Sequence record: PV357172.2
Direction: 5' to 3' (one strand)
DNA from: a phage
Length of the DNA stretch: 64,000 bases
This document shows positions 10,367-19,150 of this stretch, in pieces. Position numbers and translations under genes: made by a program. Numbering within the stretch: position 1 is the first letter of the stretch; each line of letters opens with the position of its first letter. Under the pieces are notes generated by a model. The model worked only from the letters and a program-made list of their open reading frames with translations, did no database searches and was not told where the DNA came from.

Positions 10367-10472
10367 ATTTTATATTTCCTTAATTAAGAATTAAACAGAA
10401 TAGTTCTTTCAAACTATGAGAATATTATATCAAGAATTATAGGATTAAGCAACTGAAATTTTTCGGTAACTG

Positions 10473-10709
10473 CTACACATCTAGCTCAACAATCTCCCAA
10501 TCATCCGCTAGAGCTTCGTCTAGAGTTAATTCAACCTCTTCATCACTAGGCAGCAGCGTAGTATCTGAAGGCATCCACACATATTGGCGTACAGTATTGC
10601 TGTCTACATCAAATTTCAATAGTACAGTATACTCTTTATTATTTTCCCAGCTATCCCGCTGGAGATACTTTACATCTCCATCTTTAAGCAAGTCTGTTAG
10701 CTTACTCAC
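10473..10709 (-). CDS. small acidic protein
   Basis: Probable GTG start at 10709 after AAGGAAA, overlapping upstream stop; acidic C-terminus DEEVELTLDEALADDWEIVELDV. Confidence 0.4.
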   Translation of the reverse strand: MSKLTDLLKDGDVKYLQRDSWENNKEYTVLLKFDVDSNTVRQYVWMPSDTTLLPSDEEVELTLDEALADDWEIVELDV

Positions 10710-11406
10710 GGCGTTTTCCTTTTTCTTTATCAAGTTTCAGGGCAGCCTTAACAGCTTCGTTAATCAACGAAATTACTTCTTCCCGGGTCCATTTATACCC
10801 TAGAGATTTTACATCAACCCCCAGCTTTTCCAGATGTTTAACAGAGGCCAACTCGTAATTCATATAATGGACGTTCTGTTGTTTGCCTTCTGATAGGAGC
10901 CATACACGGTAACAACCAACAGGATTATCCATTGCTTTTTTGATTTCACCGATACACTGGTATCCAGGAACCCAAACAAGTTCACCAACTGCAAATTCTT
11001 CTGCTACAGCATCATCAGGAATAATTGGAGGATTCAATGGATCTACAATATCGTTCAAACGAAGCAGAGCACCATATCGTTCCAGAACAGATTTAACCAT
11101 TGCTACAGAGCGGTAATTACGATCGGCAATTTCTTCAAAAGAATCACCAGATAAATACTGCTCAATAACGTTAGCTAACTCAATACCTTCAATGAGTGTG
11201 CCACGTTTCTTTTTCTTCATTTCGGCAACTTGAATCTGGCGGTCTTGCCATTCTTCAATCATCCTTTCCATAGTTGGATTGGATGATACGCCGAGCATTT
11301 CACATGCTGCTTTCTTAGTACCACCGTTCTCCAGATGCTCTATAACTTTTTTAAAGACTTCATCCGGGATTTCATGGATATGTTTCTTTCTGCGAGAACC
11401 AGCCAT
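10702..11406 (-). CDS. putative HTH DNA-binding protein (234 aa)
   Basis: N-terminal GGTKKAACEMLGVSSNPTMERMI resembles an HTH. Confidence 0.45.
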   Translation of the reverse strand: MAGSRRKKHIHEIPDEVFKKVIEHLENGGTKKAACEMLGVSSNPTMERMIEEWQDRQIQVAEMKKKKRGTLIEGIELANVIEQYLSGDSFEEIADRNYRSVAMVKSVLERYGALLRLNDIVDPLNPPIIPDDAVAEEFAVGELVWVPGYQCIGEIKKAMDNPVGCYRVWLLSEGKQQNVHYMNYELASVKHLEKLGVDVKSLGYKWTREEVISLINEAVKAALKLDKEKGKRRE

Positions 11407-11474
11407 ATTTAAACTCCTCTCTCAAATTTATGAATCTATTATACAGAAAAATTTTCCTGAAAGCAAATAAATTT

Positions 11475-11933
11475 TTAATTTGGATAGAGTTCGGACTTAA
11501 AATTAGCCCTAACTTTTTTAGCCTCTTCTATAGTATTGCACTGCTGGTACTTACGAATAGATCCTTTCTGCATTAGCACACAATATTTATCGCCCCTCAT
11601 GTAGATATTAGGCTCGCCCAACTTATTGTCTTTACGCACATTAATATTGTGCATTTGCTTAGATCTATTGGAGTCTTCTAAATTCTCTATAAAGTTGCAA
11701 TCTTTAATCCTGTTTTTGTGGTCTATCTCTTCTGGTATGTACCCCTTATGATATAAGAATACCAGCTGATGCTCTCCCCAGTGCCTACGCTTAAACCCTA
11801 TTCTTATATACCCTTTATGTTTACCCCCGGCAAACTTACCTACTAGACTCTTCTGTCTTGTTTTCTTCCATTTAAGATGGCCTGTTTCAGGATCATACTC
11901 AAAAGCCTCTCTAACCTCTTCCTGTGTTATCAT
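11475..11933 (-). CDS. HNH homing endonuclease
   Basis: HNH motif region HKGYIPEEIDHKNRIKDCNFIENL; paralog of five other HNH genes in window. Confidence 0.7.
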   Translation of the reverse strand: MITQEEVREAFEYDPETGHLKWKKTRQKSLVGKFAGGKHKGYIRIGFKRRHWGEHQLVFLYHKGYIPEEIDHKNRIKDCNFIENLEDSNRSKQMHNINVRKDNKLGEPNIYMRGDKYCVLMQKGSIRKYQQCNTIEEAKKVRANFKSELYPN

Positions 11934-12171
11934 TTTCTTTAATCAATTCTCCTAATTCTCTATAGATTTGATCTAACTCAAAAGATATACGTAGTGATAT
12001 GCTTTGCTTTCTCTGCTTTAGCAACCATGCGCCTATGCCATTTATGGATGCTAGTCTAGCAGGAACCACCCTACATAGCTTCTCCGAAGTATCATAAACA
12101 GGAACTTTGCGTTCTTTTACTGGAAACTTCCTTGTTTCCCATTTTTTATTCTTCACTGTCATTTCTAGCAC
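11911..12171 (-). CDS. hypothetical protein (86 aa)
   Basis: ORF track; overlaps neighbours by a few codons. Confidence 0.4.
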   Translation of the reverse strand: MLEMTVKNKKWETRKFPVKERKVPVYDTSEKLCRVVPARLASINGIGAWLLKQRKQSISLRISFELDQIYRELGELIKENDNTGRG

Positions 12172-15013
12172 CTAGCTCTGACATTGCTTCCTCGTGCATC
12201 TGACGTTCTTCCTCTGTCATGAATTTGAAAGGAATTGGCATACACTCGATTTTACAATAGGTTCTGTACCAGTCTACGATATTCTCCGTGTTCATATCTT
12301 TACCAATACCCATCATACCAAGATACATTCTAGCATATTTTGGGTTAGCACTCTGACCTGTTTTAAGGAAGAAATCTTTCTTCTTACCTTTCAGAGCTTC
12401 TATGAAAGGTTTGATAGTGACATTTGAACACTTCTTAATATCTTCCCAGAACATCTCATGCATCTTATGGAAGAATGCAGCTCGATCATTCGGCTTATCT
12501 TTGATATATTGTTCAACATGCTCAACGGTTACATCTTTAATAGACTCCAGATGATAATAGCGAACAAGAAGTAGTTTAGCTTCATACGCATCCGCATGAC
12601 GTGGAGCACAATAATCAGGAGTTGAGTGCAGAATAGCTTTGATTCGCTCTTCTGTATACTCTTTACCAGCACCTTCAATAGTTCCCCAGCTTTCACTGAA
12701 AATATCAATAGTTGCACCCTGATCAAGTAAGTAATAACGTAAAGTACTAGTATAGTTCCTAGATTCCAGCTCCCTGCGACGTGCGTATAATTGCTGTGCT
12801 AACTCCAGCCAACCCTCATCAATATTATATTGTTCAGAACCTGCGGAGAATCCACTAGTGGATTTATCAATAAAATAATAGATATTCTGAGCACCACGGT
12901 CGCGCCTGATTGCTTGGAAACGCATGTTTGGCGCTTGATTACTGGTTCTAGTAATAACAAATACGTTATCAAAATAGTTGAAGTCAACTCCACTCGTTAC
13001 GGATGGACTACATAATAAGCAATCAATTTGTTGATCAATTAGCTCATTAGTTGTATAATCCAGAATACGTCGAATATCCACATCTGAGGTAGAGTTTGAA
13101 TGGATTTCCTTAACTAACGCACCCGTATTACGACGCAGTGCCATACCCTTCTCATTCAGTTCATCCGGTCCACAGTCAGATACTAGGATAGATTTTTCAC
13201 CCATCTCTAGAGATGTCTGAAGTGCAACCCAAATACTGGATTCATCCGGGAACTCATAAGCATGAGCTTTTGATAGCATTTTACGGTGATGATTATAGAA
13301 TGCAACTGGTTTATCGAACTCAATCAAAGAACCATATGCTTCAATTGTTTCAGCACTAATATCACCATCTGATAGTATAATGATTTTTGCAGTTGCAAGA
13401 ATATCACGAAGAACCTGAATACACTCACGACGTTGTTTAACAACCGGGGCGAATAATAGGTCATTCATTACTGCATCACATTCATCGATAAAGATTGCAT
13501 CAATTTGACCAATAAAACTCTTGAACTTATGCAAAGAGTGAATAGTTGTGGACATACGGTCAATAGCACCACGCTTAAAATTAAGCATATCTACAGACTT
13601 ATCATATTGTCCTGCACTAAATTTCTTGGCATTTGAAGACACCAGTGCTCTAGTATTGGTAATTGCTAAGAAATTACCTTTAATAACTCCTGAATCCAGC
13701 CAACGAACAACAGCCGTTGTTTTACCTGTGCCTAGACTTGCTTTTACAAAAGTCATATAGCCTTCTGGTGGTACAGTATTTAATTTCAAGAAGTTGTCGG
13801 TCTCTAGTGAATTAGTTTCTAGCTTTTTAAGTGGAATACCTTTTAAAATATCCGGTATATCACGTTTAGAATTATTAACAAACGCTTTCAGAGCCTGCTT
13901 ACGACCGTTGTTAAAGTAATCTTGAATATTACGACTATTATCTTTAGTTGCAATATATTCTGATAAGGCTGGACGGATTTCTTTTTCTAGCCATGCGAAG
14001 TCAACACCATCCTCTAAAGCTCTGTGATAGAGTTTAGGTATGATACGTAGGTACACTCCATCCTCAGCTTCTTCTAGTTCGCTGATAGTTTCCTCTACTT
14101 TATCAGAGGCAGCTTTTTTACCTTTAATTTGATCGAGTAAAGAGTAAAACTCCTCTTTAAACTCACCTCTAGTTGTTTCATAATCAACTAGATTATTGGG
14201 TAAGTTTACCTTAGAACCCTTAACAAATACCAGACGTGAAGCACCCTCCGCTTTAAACGGATCTACTATACCATCATTAAATAACGGATCTGCAAAATAA
14301 TGGAGCTGTACGGAAGAGTAATAAGCTAAGTCGGCAATATCAAAGCCATACTTTTGTCTACTACTTTCGTTGATAGATGTAAATAAGAATTTGATTTGAC
14401 CCTGAGTCACTTTAATATTAGATTCTAGTATTAAGTGCATTCGGATACCTGGTTTTAGCCCGGCCGAAGACGATGCATGAGCGATAAACCCTGCATCAAG
14501 AGGAAACATATCCTCACTAATACTATTTAACATTCTAATAATATGTCGAGCCATGCCAACAAGATCAAACTTGTTACAACCACCTGTATCTACAATACCA
14601 TCCACGTCCATTGCGATTATATGACTTGGGTTAGATACATTAAAGTTGCCCTTCTTACGTCGCACATTATTTTTAGGTGCAAGACATCGACCTCGTACCG
14701 CAACGATATGAGGGTCAGACGTTAAACGTCTCATAAGAGGAAGCATTTCTACTAGGGTTTGAGGATCAACTTCATCAATTACATCAAACTTGAAGGGCAT
14801 TGAAGCTGGTTTACCTTCAGGATGCTTTGAGGAAAATCTTTTAGCAAAAAGATAATCTTCTGCTTTAACTTCTCGCCAATTACCTGTGGCTAAATCGCGA
14901 TGAAATCCTGCATGACCTTGTAGGATTGAGAACACAACAATACTCCTGTGTTGGAAATGAAATAAGTTTTCTTTAGGACTATTCAGAAAGAATAGAACAA
15001 CTGTTACTGTCAA
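12146..15013 (-). CDS. large helicase-like ATPase, candidate replication initiator (start uncertain)
   Basis: 955-aa ORF (track start is TTG); Walker A SLGTGKTT and Walker B-like FIDECD; adjacent to TCAC-repeat noncoding region. Confidence 0.55.
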   Translation of the reverse strand: MTVTVVLFFLNSPKENLFHFQHRSIVVFSILQGHAGFHRDLATGNWREVKAEDYLFAKRFSSKHPEGKPASMPFKFDVIDEVDPQTLVEMLPLMRRLTSDPHIVAVRGRCLAPKNNVRRKKGNFNVSNPSHIIAMDVDGIVDTGGCNKFDLVGMARHIIRMLNSISEDMFPLDAGFIAHASSSAGLKPGIRMHLILESNIKVTQGQIKFLFTSINESSRQKYGFDIADLAYYSSVQLHYFADPLFNDGIVDPFKAEGASRLVFVKGSKVNLPNNLVDYETTRGEFKEEFYSLLDQIKGKKAASDKVEETISELEEAEDGVYLRIIPKLYHRALEDGVDFAWLEKEIRPALSEYIATKDNSRNIQDYFNNGRKQALKAFVNNSKRDIPDILKGIPLKKLETNSLETDNFLKLNTVPPEGYMTFVKASLGTGKTTAVVRWLDSGVIKGNFLAITNTRALVSSNAKKFSAGQYDKSVDMLNFKRGAIDRMSTTIHSLHKFKSFIGQIDAIFIDECDAVMNDLLFAPVVKQRRECIQVLRDILATAKIIILSDGDISAETIEAYGSLIEFDKPVAFYNHHRKMLSKAHAYEFPDESSIWVALQTSLEMGEKSILVSDCGPDELNEKGMALRRNTGALVKEIHSNSTSDVDIRRILDYTTNELIDQQIDCLLCSPSVTSGVDFNYFDNVFVITRTSNQAPNMRFQAIRRDRGAQNIYYFIDKSTSGFSAGSEQYNIDEGWLELAQQLYARRRELESRNYTSTLRYYLLDQGATIDIFSESWGTIEGAGKEYTEERIKAILHSTPDYCAPRHADAYEAKLLLVRYYHLESIKDVTVEHVEQYIKDKPNDRAAFFHKMHEMFWEDIKKCSNVTIKPFIEALKGKKKDFFLKTGQSANPKYARMYLGMMGIGKDMNTENIVDWYRTYCKIECMPIPFKFMTEEERQMHEEAMSELGARNDSEE

Positions 15014-15029
15014 TTTCTCAACAAATTAA

Positions 15030-15250
15030 TCGCAAATACTGAAGTGGGGTGGCAACTTCCACTTTCACGCTACACTGCCGCTTCACTATACCGCACAAAT
15101 CCTTGAGGATGGCCGCTAAGCCAGATTTGCTCACCTAATGCTTCATGTACTAGCTCATACTAGATGCAGTATACCTTACGTCATCACTTCTCAGAGTTTT
15201 TCACTCTTCCCGTCTCACTTCACAACCACCTCACACTAGGTTGCTTCGAG
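15030..15250. promoter_or_regulatory. candidate replication origin or regulatory region with iteron-like TCAC/TTCAC repeats
   Basis: ORF-free, GC-richer than surroundings; at least 8 copies of TTCAC/TCACTTCAC-like motifs read in sequence. Confidence 0.35.
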
Positions 15251-15470
15251 GCCTTACCAGGGTTCCTACGGGGTGTAGATCGCTAAGTATTCTATTAACT
15301 ATTTGTTTAAAAACTAACACGTAACAGTTAAAACAACCCTTAATGGGGCAGCCTAACTGTTCCGTATCGCGGATTGTAAACAAGAAAAATTAGCAAAATC
15401 AGTTTTTACTAATGTCTCTCAATTATGGGAATATTATACTATAAAATAATACTCCCTTGCAAATGAAATT

Positions 15471-15923
15471 TTACTGGATTGATTCCCTACCGTATAATTG
15501 ACCTCTAAACATCTTGGCCATAGAACATGCAACCTCATAGTTATCATATGTTCCTTTAACTATACGTTTACGGTTAATAGTAAATACTACTTGCCAGTTC
15601 TTACTACCAGAAGGGTAAACATGCATTCCTTTCTTATACTTGATATTTCTTAGATTACCGGATACTGTCTGCTCTCTAAGATTTTCAATACGATCATCAC
15701 CTTTTACAGTATTCACATGATCTACTAAATCAGGTAAGTATCCGTGATGCATTAAGAAGATAGCTCTGTGTCGGAGCATAGTTCTACTCCCTAGAGAAAT
15801 ACGGTAATAACCATTTCCCGTTGAAACACAACATTCCTTGCCTGCATTTCTTCCTGTAGTTCTAAATAATTTTCCATCTTCATATCGGAAATTATCTAAA
15901 AGTTCCTGTTGTGTGAGCGACAT
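15471..15923 (-). CDS. HNH homing endonuclease
   Basis: HNH motif HHGYLPDLVDHVNTVKGDDRIENL; start set at ATG 15923 preceded by GGAGG. Confidence 0.7.
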   Translation of the reverse strand: MSLTQQELLDNFRYEDGKLFRTTGRNAGKECCVSTGNGYYRISLGSRTMLRHRAIFLMHHGYLPDLVDHVNTVKGDDRIENLREQTVSGNLRNIKYKKGMHVYPSGSKNWQVVFTINRKRIVKGTYDNYEVACSMAKMFRGQLYGRESIQ

Positions 15924-16062
15924 CTTTACCTCCAATACATATATTATTACATAATCCACCCAATTTGTCAATGACAATTTATTCATACTGTCAATTAACT
16001 GGAAAGATTATATAATAATCCGAGCCAAAATGACTCGGTAGTCAGAGTTCAGCTAATAAAAA

Positions 16063-16455
16063 TCATTCATCATTCAGACCTGGAACATAGATCCCAACAT
16101 GGTTTAACTGTTCTTTAGCTTCTTTGAGAATATCTGGAGTGTACTCCCAAATATCATCTTCCACCTGTAAAAGATGGGGCGAACAACCATCATCAGGCAT
16201 ACGACATATAGCCAAACCACGTGGATGGAACAAAGAGAAATTTAGGGCAACAATTAAACCCATAGCAGACAACTCATTCCAATCCAATTCCCATTCCCTA
16301 GCGTAGCCTGATAGGAAAACACCAATACAGGGATCGTCTATTTGCTGCTCCGGAAAAGTGAAGGAGGCTTGTCTTACCCCCAACCAACGTTGTAGCAGCT
16401 TCTCCGCACGCTTCACCAAACTAGGATCAATCTGACGCCAATATACTTGTTCCAT
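16063..16455 (-). CDS. hypothetical protein, tandem paralog A (130 aa)
   Basis: Shares PCIG...ELD...MGL..ALN..LF.P motifs with adjacent ORF. Confidence 0.5.
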   Translation of the reverse strand: MEQVYWRQIDPSLVKRAEKLLQRWLGVRQASFTFPEQQIDDPCIGVFLSGYAREWELDWNELSAMGLIVALNFSLFHPRGLAICRMPDDGCSPHLLQVEDDIWEYTPDILKEAKEQLNHVGIYVPGLNDE

Positions 16456-16464
16456 TCTGCCTCC

Positions 16465-16893
16465 TTAAGCAGTTAAATCTGGGATCATATACCCGAAACG
16501 TCGAAGTTTCTGAATCCCCTCATTTACTTCTTCCGGTGAATAAGACCAACCATAACGTTCATTAACCTGAAAACCAGGAGATTCACTAGTTTTATAGTTA
16601 ACAACTAGGCGATGCTTAGCAGGCATAAACAGCTTATAATTTAACGCAAAAACTAAGCCCATTTCATCTAACTCTTTCCAGCCTACAATCTCTTCAAGAC
16701 CCTCCTCTACCTGAACAATTAAACCAATACAGGGGGCCTCATCAATATCATCTTTAAAAGCAAAGGAGATTTCATTATTCTCACACCATATTTTCAAGGA
16801 GTTAATAGCCTCATTATACAGGCTAGCTGGGAGAGTACGCCAAAAGTTAATCAAAATTGGATTAGCTTCTTTAGAGAATACATTATTGAACAT
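16465..16893 (-). CDS. hypothetical protein, tandem paralog B (142 aa)
   Basis: Paralog of 16063-16455. Confidence 0.5.
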   Translation of the reverse strand: MFNNVFSKEANPILINFWRTLPASLYNEAINSLKIWCENNEISFAFKDDIDEAPCIGLIVQVEEGLEEIVGWKELDEMGLVFALNYKLFMPAKHRLVVNYKTSESPGFQVNERYGWSYSPEEVNEGIQKLRRFGYMIPDLTA

Positions 16894-16895
16894 AT

Positions 16896-17402
16896 TTACA
16901 CCTTAAATTGTTGTAAGGATTTACACATTTCAAGATCTGGGCTAAATTCTAGCATATAGCTAACAGCTTTTAAATCTTGAAGATTTATCCCAGTCCTACC
17001 GTTGACTATAACCGTTGGATACTGATACATCATAGCACCCGCATCATCAAGCACACACCAATGTTTGAGCTTATGCTTTTCAACGAAACGAAGAACAGAA
17101 TTACCCCTAGATAATCCACCCCCCGTAAAATCCGTTGTACCAAGAAAACGATCGATAAGACCTAATCCGGTCATAATCTGAACGTTCTCCATCTCATTTC
17201 TAACAGAGAACCAAGATGATACCCCAACAATCATTATCGGAGAAGGACGAATAAAATCCTGAAAAGCCTTGAGAAGCGGTTTGAAAACCCAGTCACTTCC
17301 AAAGAAAATCTTTTCATTATCAGGTGCATGATGGTGGGAGATGCTCGAATTGAGCACCCCATCAATATCTAGAAAAATAATTGGAGTATTACTTATTTCC
17401 AT
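16896..17402 (-). CDS. HAD-superfamily hydrolase-like protein (putative phosphatase/nucleotidase)
   Basis: HAD motif I IIFLDIDGVL near N-terminus. Confidence 0.5.
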   Translation of the reverse strand: MEISNTPIIFLDIDGVLNSSISHHHAPDNEKIFFGSDWVFKPLLKAFQDFIRPSPIMIVGVSSWFSVRNEMENVQIMTGLGLIDRFLGTTDFTGGGLSRGNSVLRFVEKHKLKHWCVLDDAGAMMYQYPTVIVNGRTGINLQDLKAVSYMLEFSPDLEMCKSLQQFKV

Positions 17403-17571
17403 TTTTGTTCCTTTCTAAGAACGTATCATACTCAACCGTATCAACATATATGACGCCATAGTCATCGGATTTATAGTCCATTTCCCATAACTCACATCGA
17501 TAGCACCAACTACCATCTGCCCATACAAATATATCATCGGGATGTGTATATACAGATTTAACTATGGACAT
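17389..17571 (-). CDS. hypothetical protein (60 aa)
   Basis: ORF track; overlaps flanking genes by 14 nt. Confidence 0.35.
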   Translation of the reverse strand: MSIVKSVYTHPDDIFVWADGSWCYRCELWEMDYKSDDYGVIYVDTVEYDTFLERNKNGNK

Positions 17572-18394
17572 ATCTGTTTACCTTGCTTCTCGACACATAA
17601 GGTCTACCCTCTAAATGAGCTTCTACACGAGCAATAAAATCAGGATCACTGAAAGCATCTACCGCACCTTTACTCCAGTAAGGGATACCACGTTCTTCCA
17701 GCTGGTACATCTCACTACGAGTCATACCTTGATAGCCCGGTTCTGCCGCTAGGCCACTATCATAGTAGTTAACAACCATAAGTTTCGCAGCAGTCAAATT
17801 AAGAACAGGAAATAATTCCCAGTAGAAGTTAATTACTTGGTTAGAGCAACCAACCACAATGATCATATCTTGACTGGTAATACCATCAAAAACATTATAC
17901 ATTTCTGCGTATGCAGGAGCATGTTCTCCAAAGAAGATTACATTAGGTTTAACCCATTTATAATCATCTGGATCAATAGAATTATACCCTACATCAATAA
18001 TCCGTTTATTGCTACTATTGTAGCTATCAGCTACAACAACCTCTTTTAAATATCCGTGAATGTGCAGAATGTCACTATGTGGAACACCAGCACGCTCAAT
18101 AAGGTCATCAACGTTGGTAGTCAAGTTTACTACTTGACCTGGGTATTGTTTATACCATTCACCAATACGCAAATGCGCAAGATTGGGTTCAACAGTTTTT
18201 AGCTCTTCACGACGCTTGTTGTAAAACATATGGGTTTTATGATAAAAATTACCACGAAAGGCATGAATATTACATACTTCTTCTAGATCATAATCATCCC
18301 ACAATGCTTTACCACTAGCAGTATCAGTACGGAAGGCTCGTACACCACTTTCAACGCTCAAACCTGCACCGCTAATAATAATTAATCTACGCAC
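17558..18394 (-). CDS. Sir2-family (sirtuin-like) NAD-binding protein
   Basis: Sirtuin motifs ISGAGLSVESGVRAFR, TTNVDDLIERAG, HIHGYL, FFGE, VVGCS; no obvious Cys4 zinc ribbon. Confidence 0.65.
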   Translation of the reverse strand: MRRLIIISGAGLSVESGVRAFRTDTASGKALWDDYDLEEVCNIHAFRGNFYHKTHMFYNKRREELKTVEPNLAHLRIGEWYKQYPGQVVNLTTNVDDLIERAGVPHSDILHIHGYLKEVVVADSYNSSNKRIIDVGYNSIDPDDYKWVKPNVIFFGEHAPAYAEMYNVFDGITSQDMIIVVGCSNQVINFYWELFPVLNLTAAKLMVVNYYDSGLAAEPGYQGMTRSEMYQLEERGIPYWSKGAVDAFSDPDFIARVEAHLEGRPYVSRSKVNRYVHS

Positions 18395-18588
18395 TATACG
18401 ATTCCTCGCTTAAATCCTTCGATAATATTTCGGAGTAAAATTGCTTCCTCCGGGCGTACCTTTTCTTGCTTAATAAGCATATCCAATCCAGCAATACAAC
18501 TAGTTACACCAGCATTATAACCAGAGTTCCATTGCTCAATGAGCATGTTTTCTAGATTACTTTTTAGATTCTGATTCAAGAAGTCCAT
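18394..18588 (-). CDS. hypothetical protein (64 aa)
   Basis: ORF track. Confidence 0.35.
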   Translation of the reverse strand: MDFLNQNLKSNLENMLIEQWNSGYNAGVTSCIAGLDMLIKQEKVRPEEAILLRNIIEGFKRGIV

Positions 18589-18760
18589 AAAGTCTCTCCT
18601 CTAATTCCATAATACGATTTTCATAAGAGGCACGCAACTTTTCAATTGCCAGCGCACGCACTGTAACCTCATTAGAGTTAATAGCTAATTGGGCCAGATC
18701 TTCTGTTTCCATACGTCCGTTGTAAATTAAGCGATATTTAAGATGTTTTACGTTTTTCAT
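18557..18760 (-). CDS. hypothetical protein (67 aa)
   Basis: ORF track. Confidence 0.35.
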   Translation of the reverse strand: MKNVKHLKYRLIYNGRMETEDLAQLAINSNEVTVRALAIEKLRASYENRIMELEERLYGLLESESKK

Positions 18761-18769
18761 TCTTGTTCC

Positions 18770-19051
18770 TTAGTTCTGTACTGTAAATTCATTCTTATCA
18801 CAGTGAGCGTAATAATACCCATACATGCGATAAATTTTCACAGCCTTAGTAGACCCCTTCGATTCTTCATAATCAATCCAGAGCCACTTGTCTTTACCTA
18901 CATAATGTACCCGAAACTTCTTAACTTTCTTATCATTCCATGTTGCAACAACACGACGATAATCAAATCCACCCAACCAATCTAGAGCCTTACGTTCTTC
19001 ACTAGGCCCTCCAAGATGGGAGACATCTACTTTAGGAAGCAACTCGCTCAT
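18770..19051 (-). CDS. hypothetical protein (93 aa)
   Basis: ORF track; promoter-like module upstream at 19052-19150 on minus strand. Confidence 0.45.
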   Translation of the reverse strand: MSELLPKVDVSHLGGPSEERKALDWLGGFDYRRVVATWNDKKVKKFRVHYVGKDKWLWIDYEESKGSTKAVKIYRMYGYYYAHCDKNEFTVQN

Positions 19052-19150
19052 AGCTTTCTCCTCTCAAATTTATAAATCAATTATACATAAATTTTTGGCT
19101 GAAAGCAAATAAAATAAAAGCCAGGTCGACTAGCAACCTGGCTGATTAGC

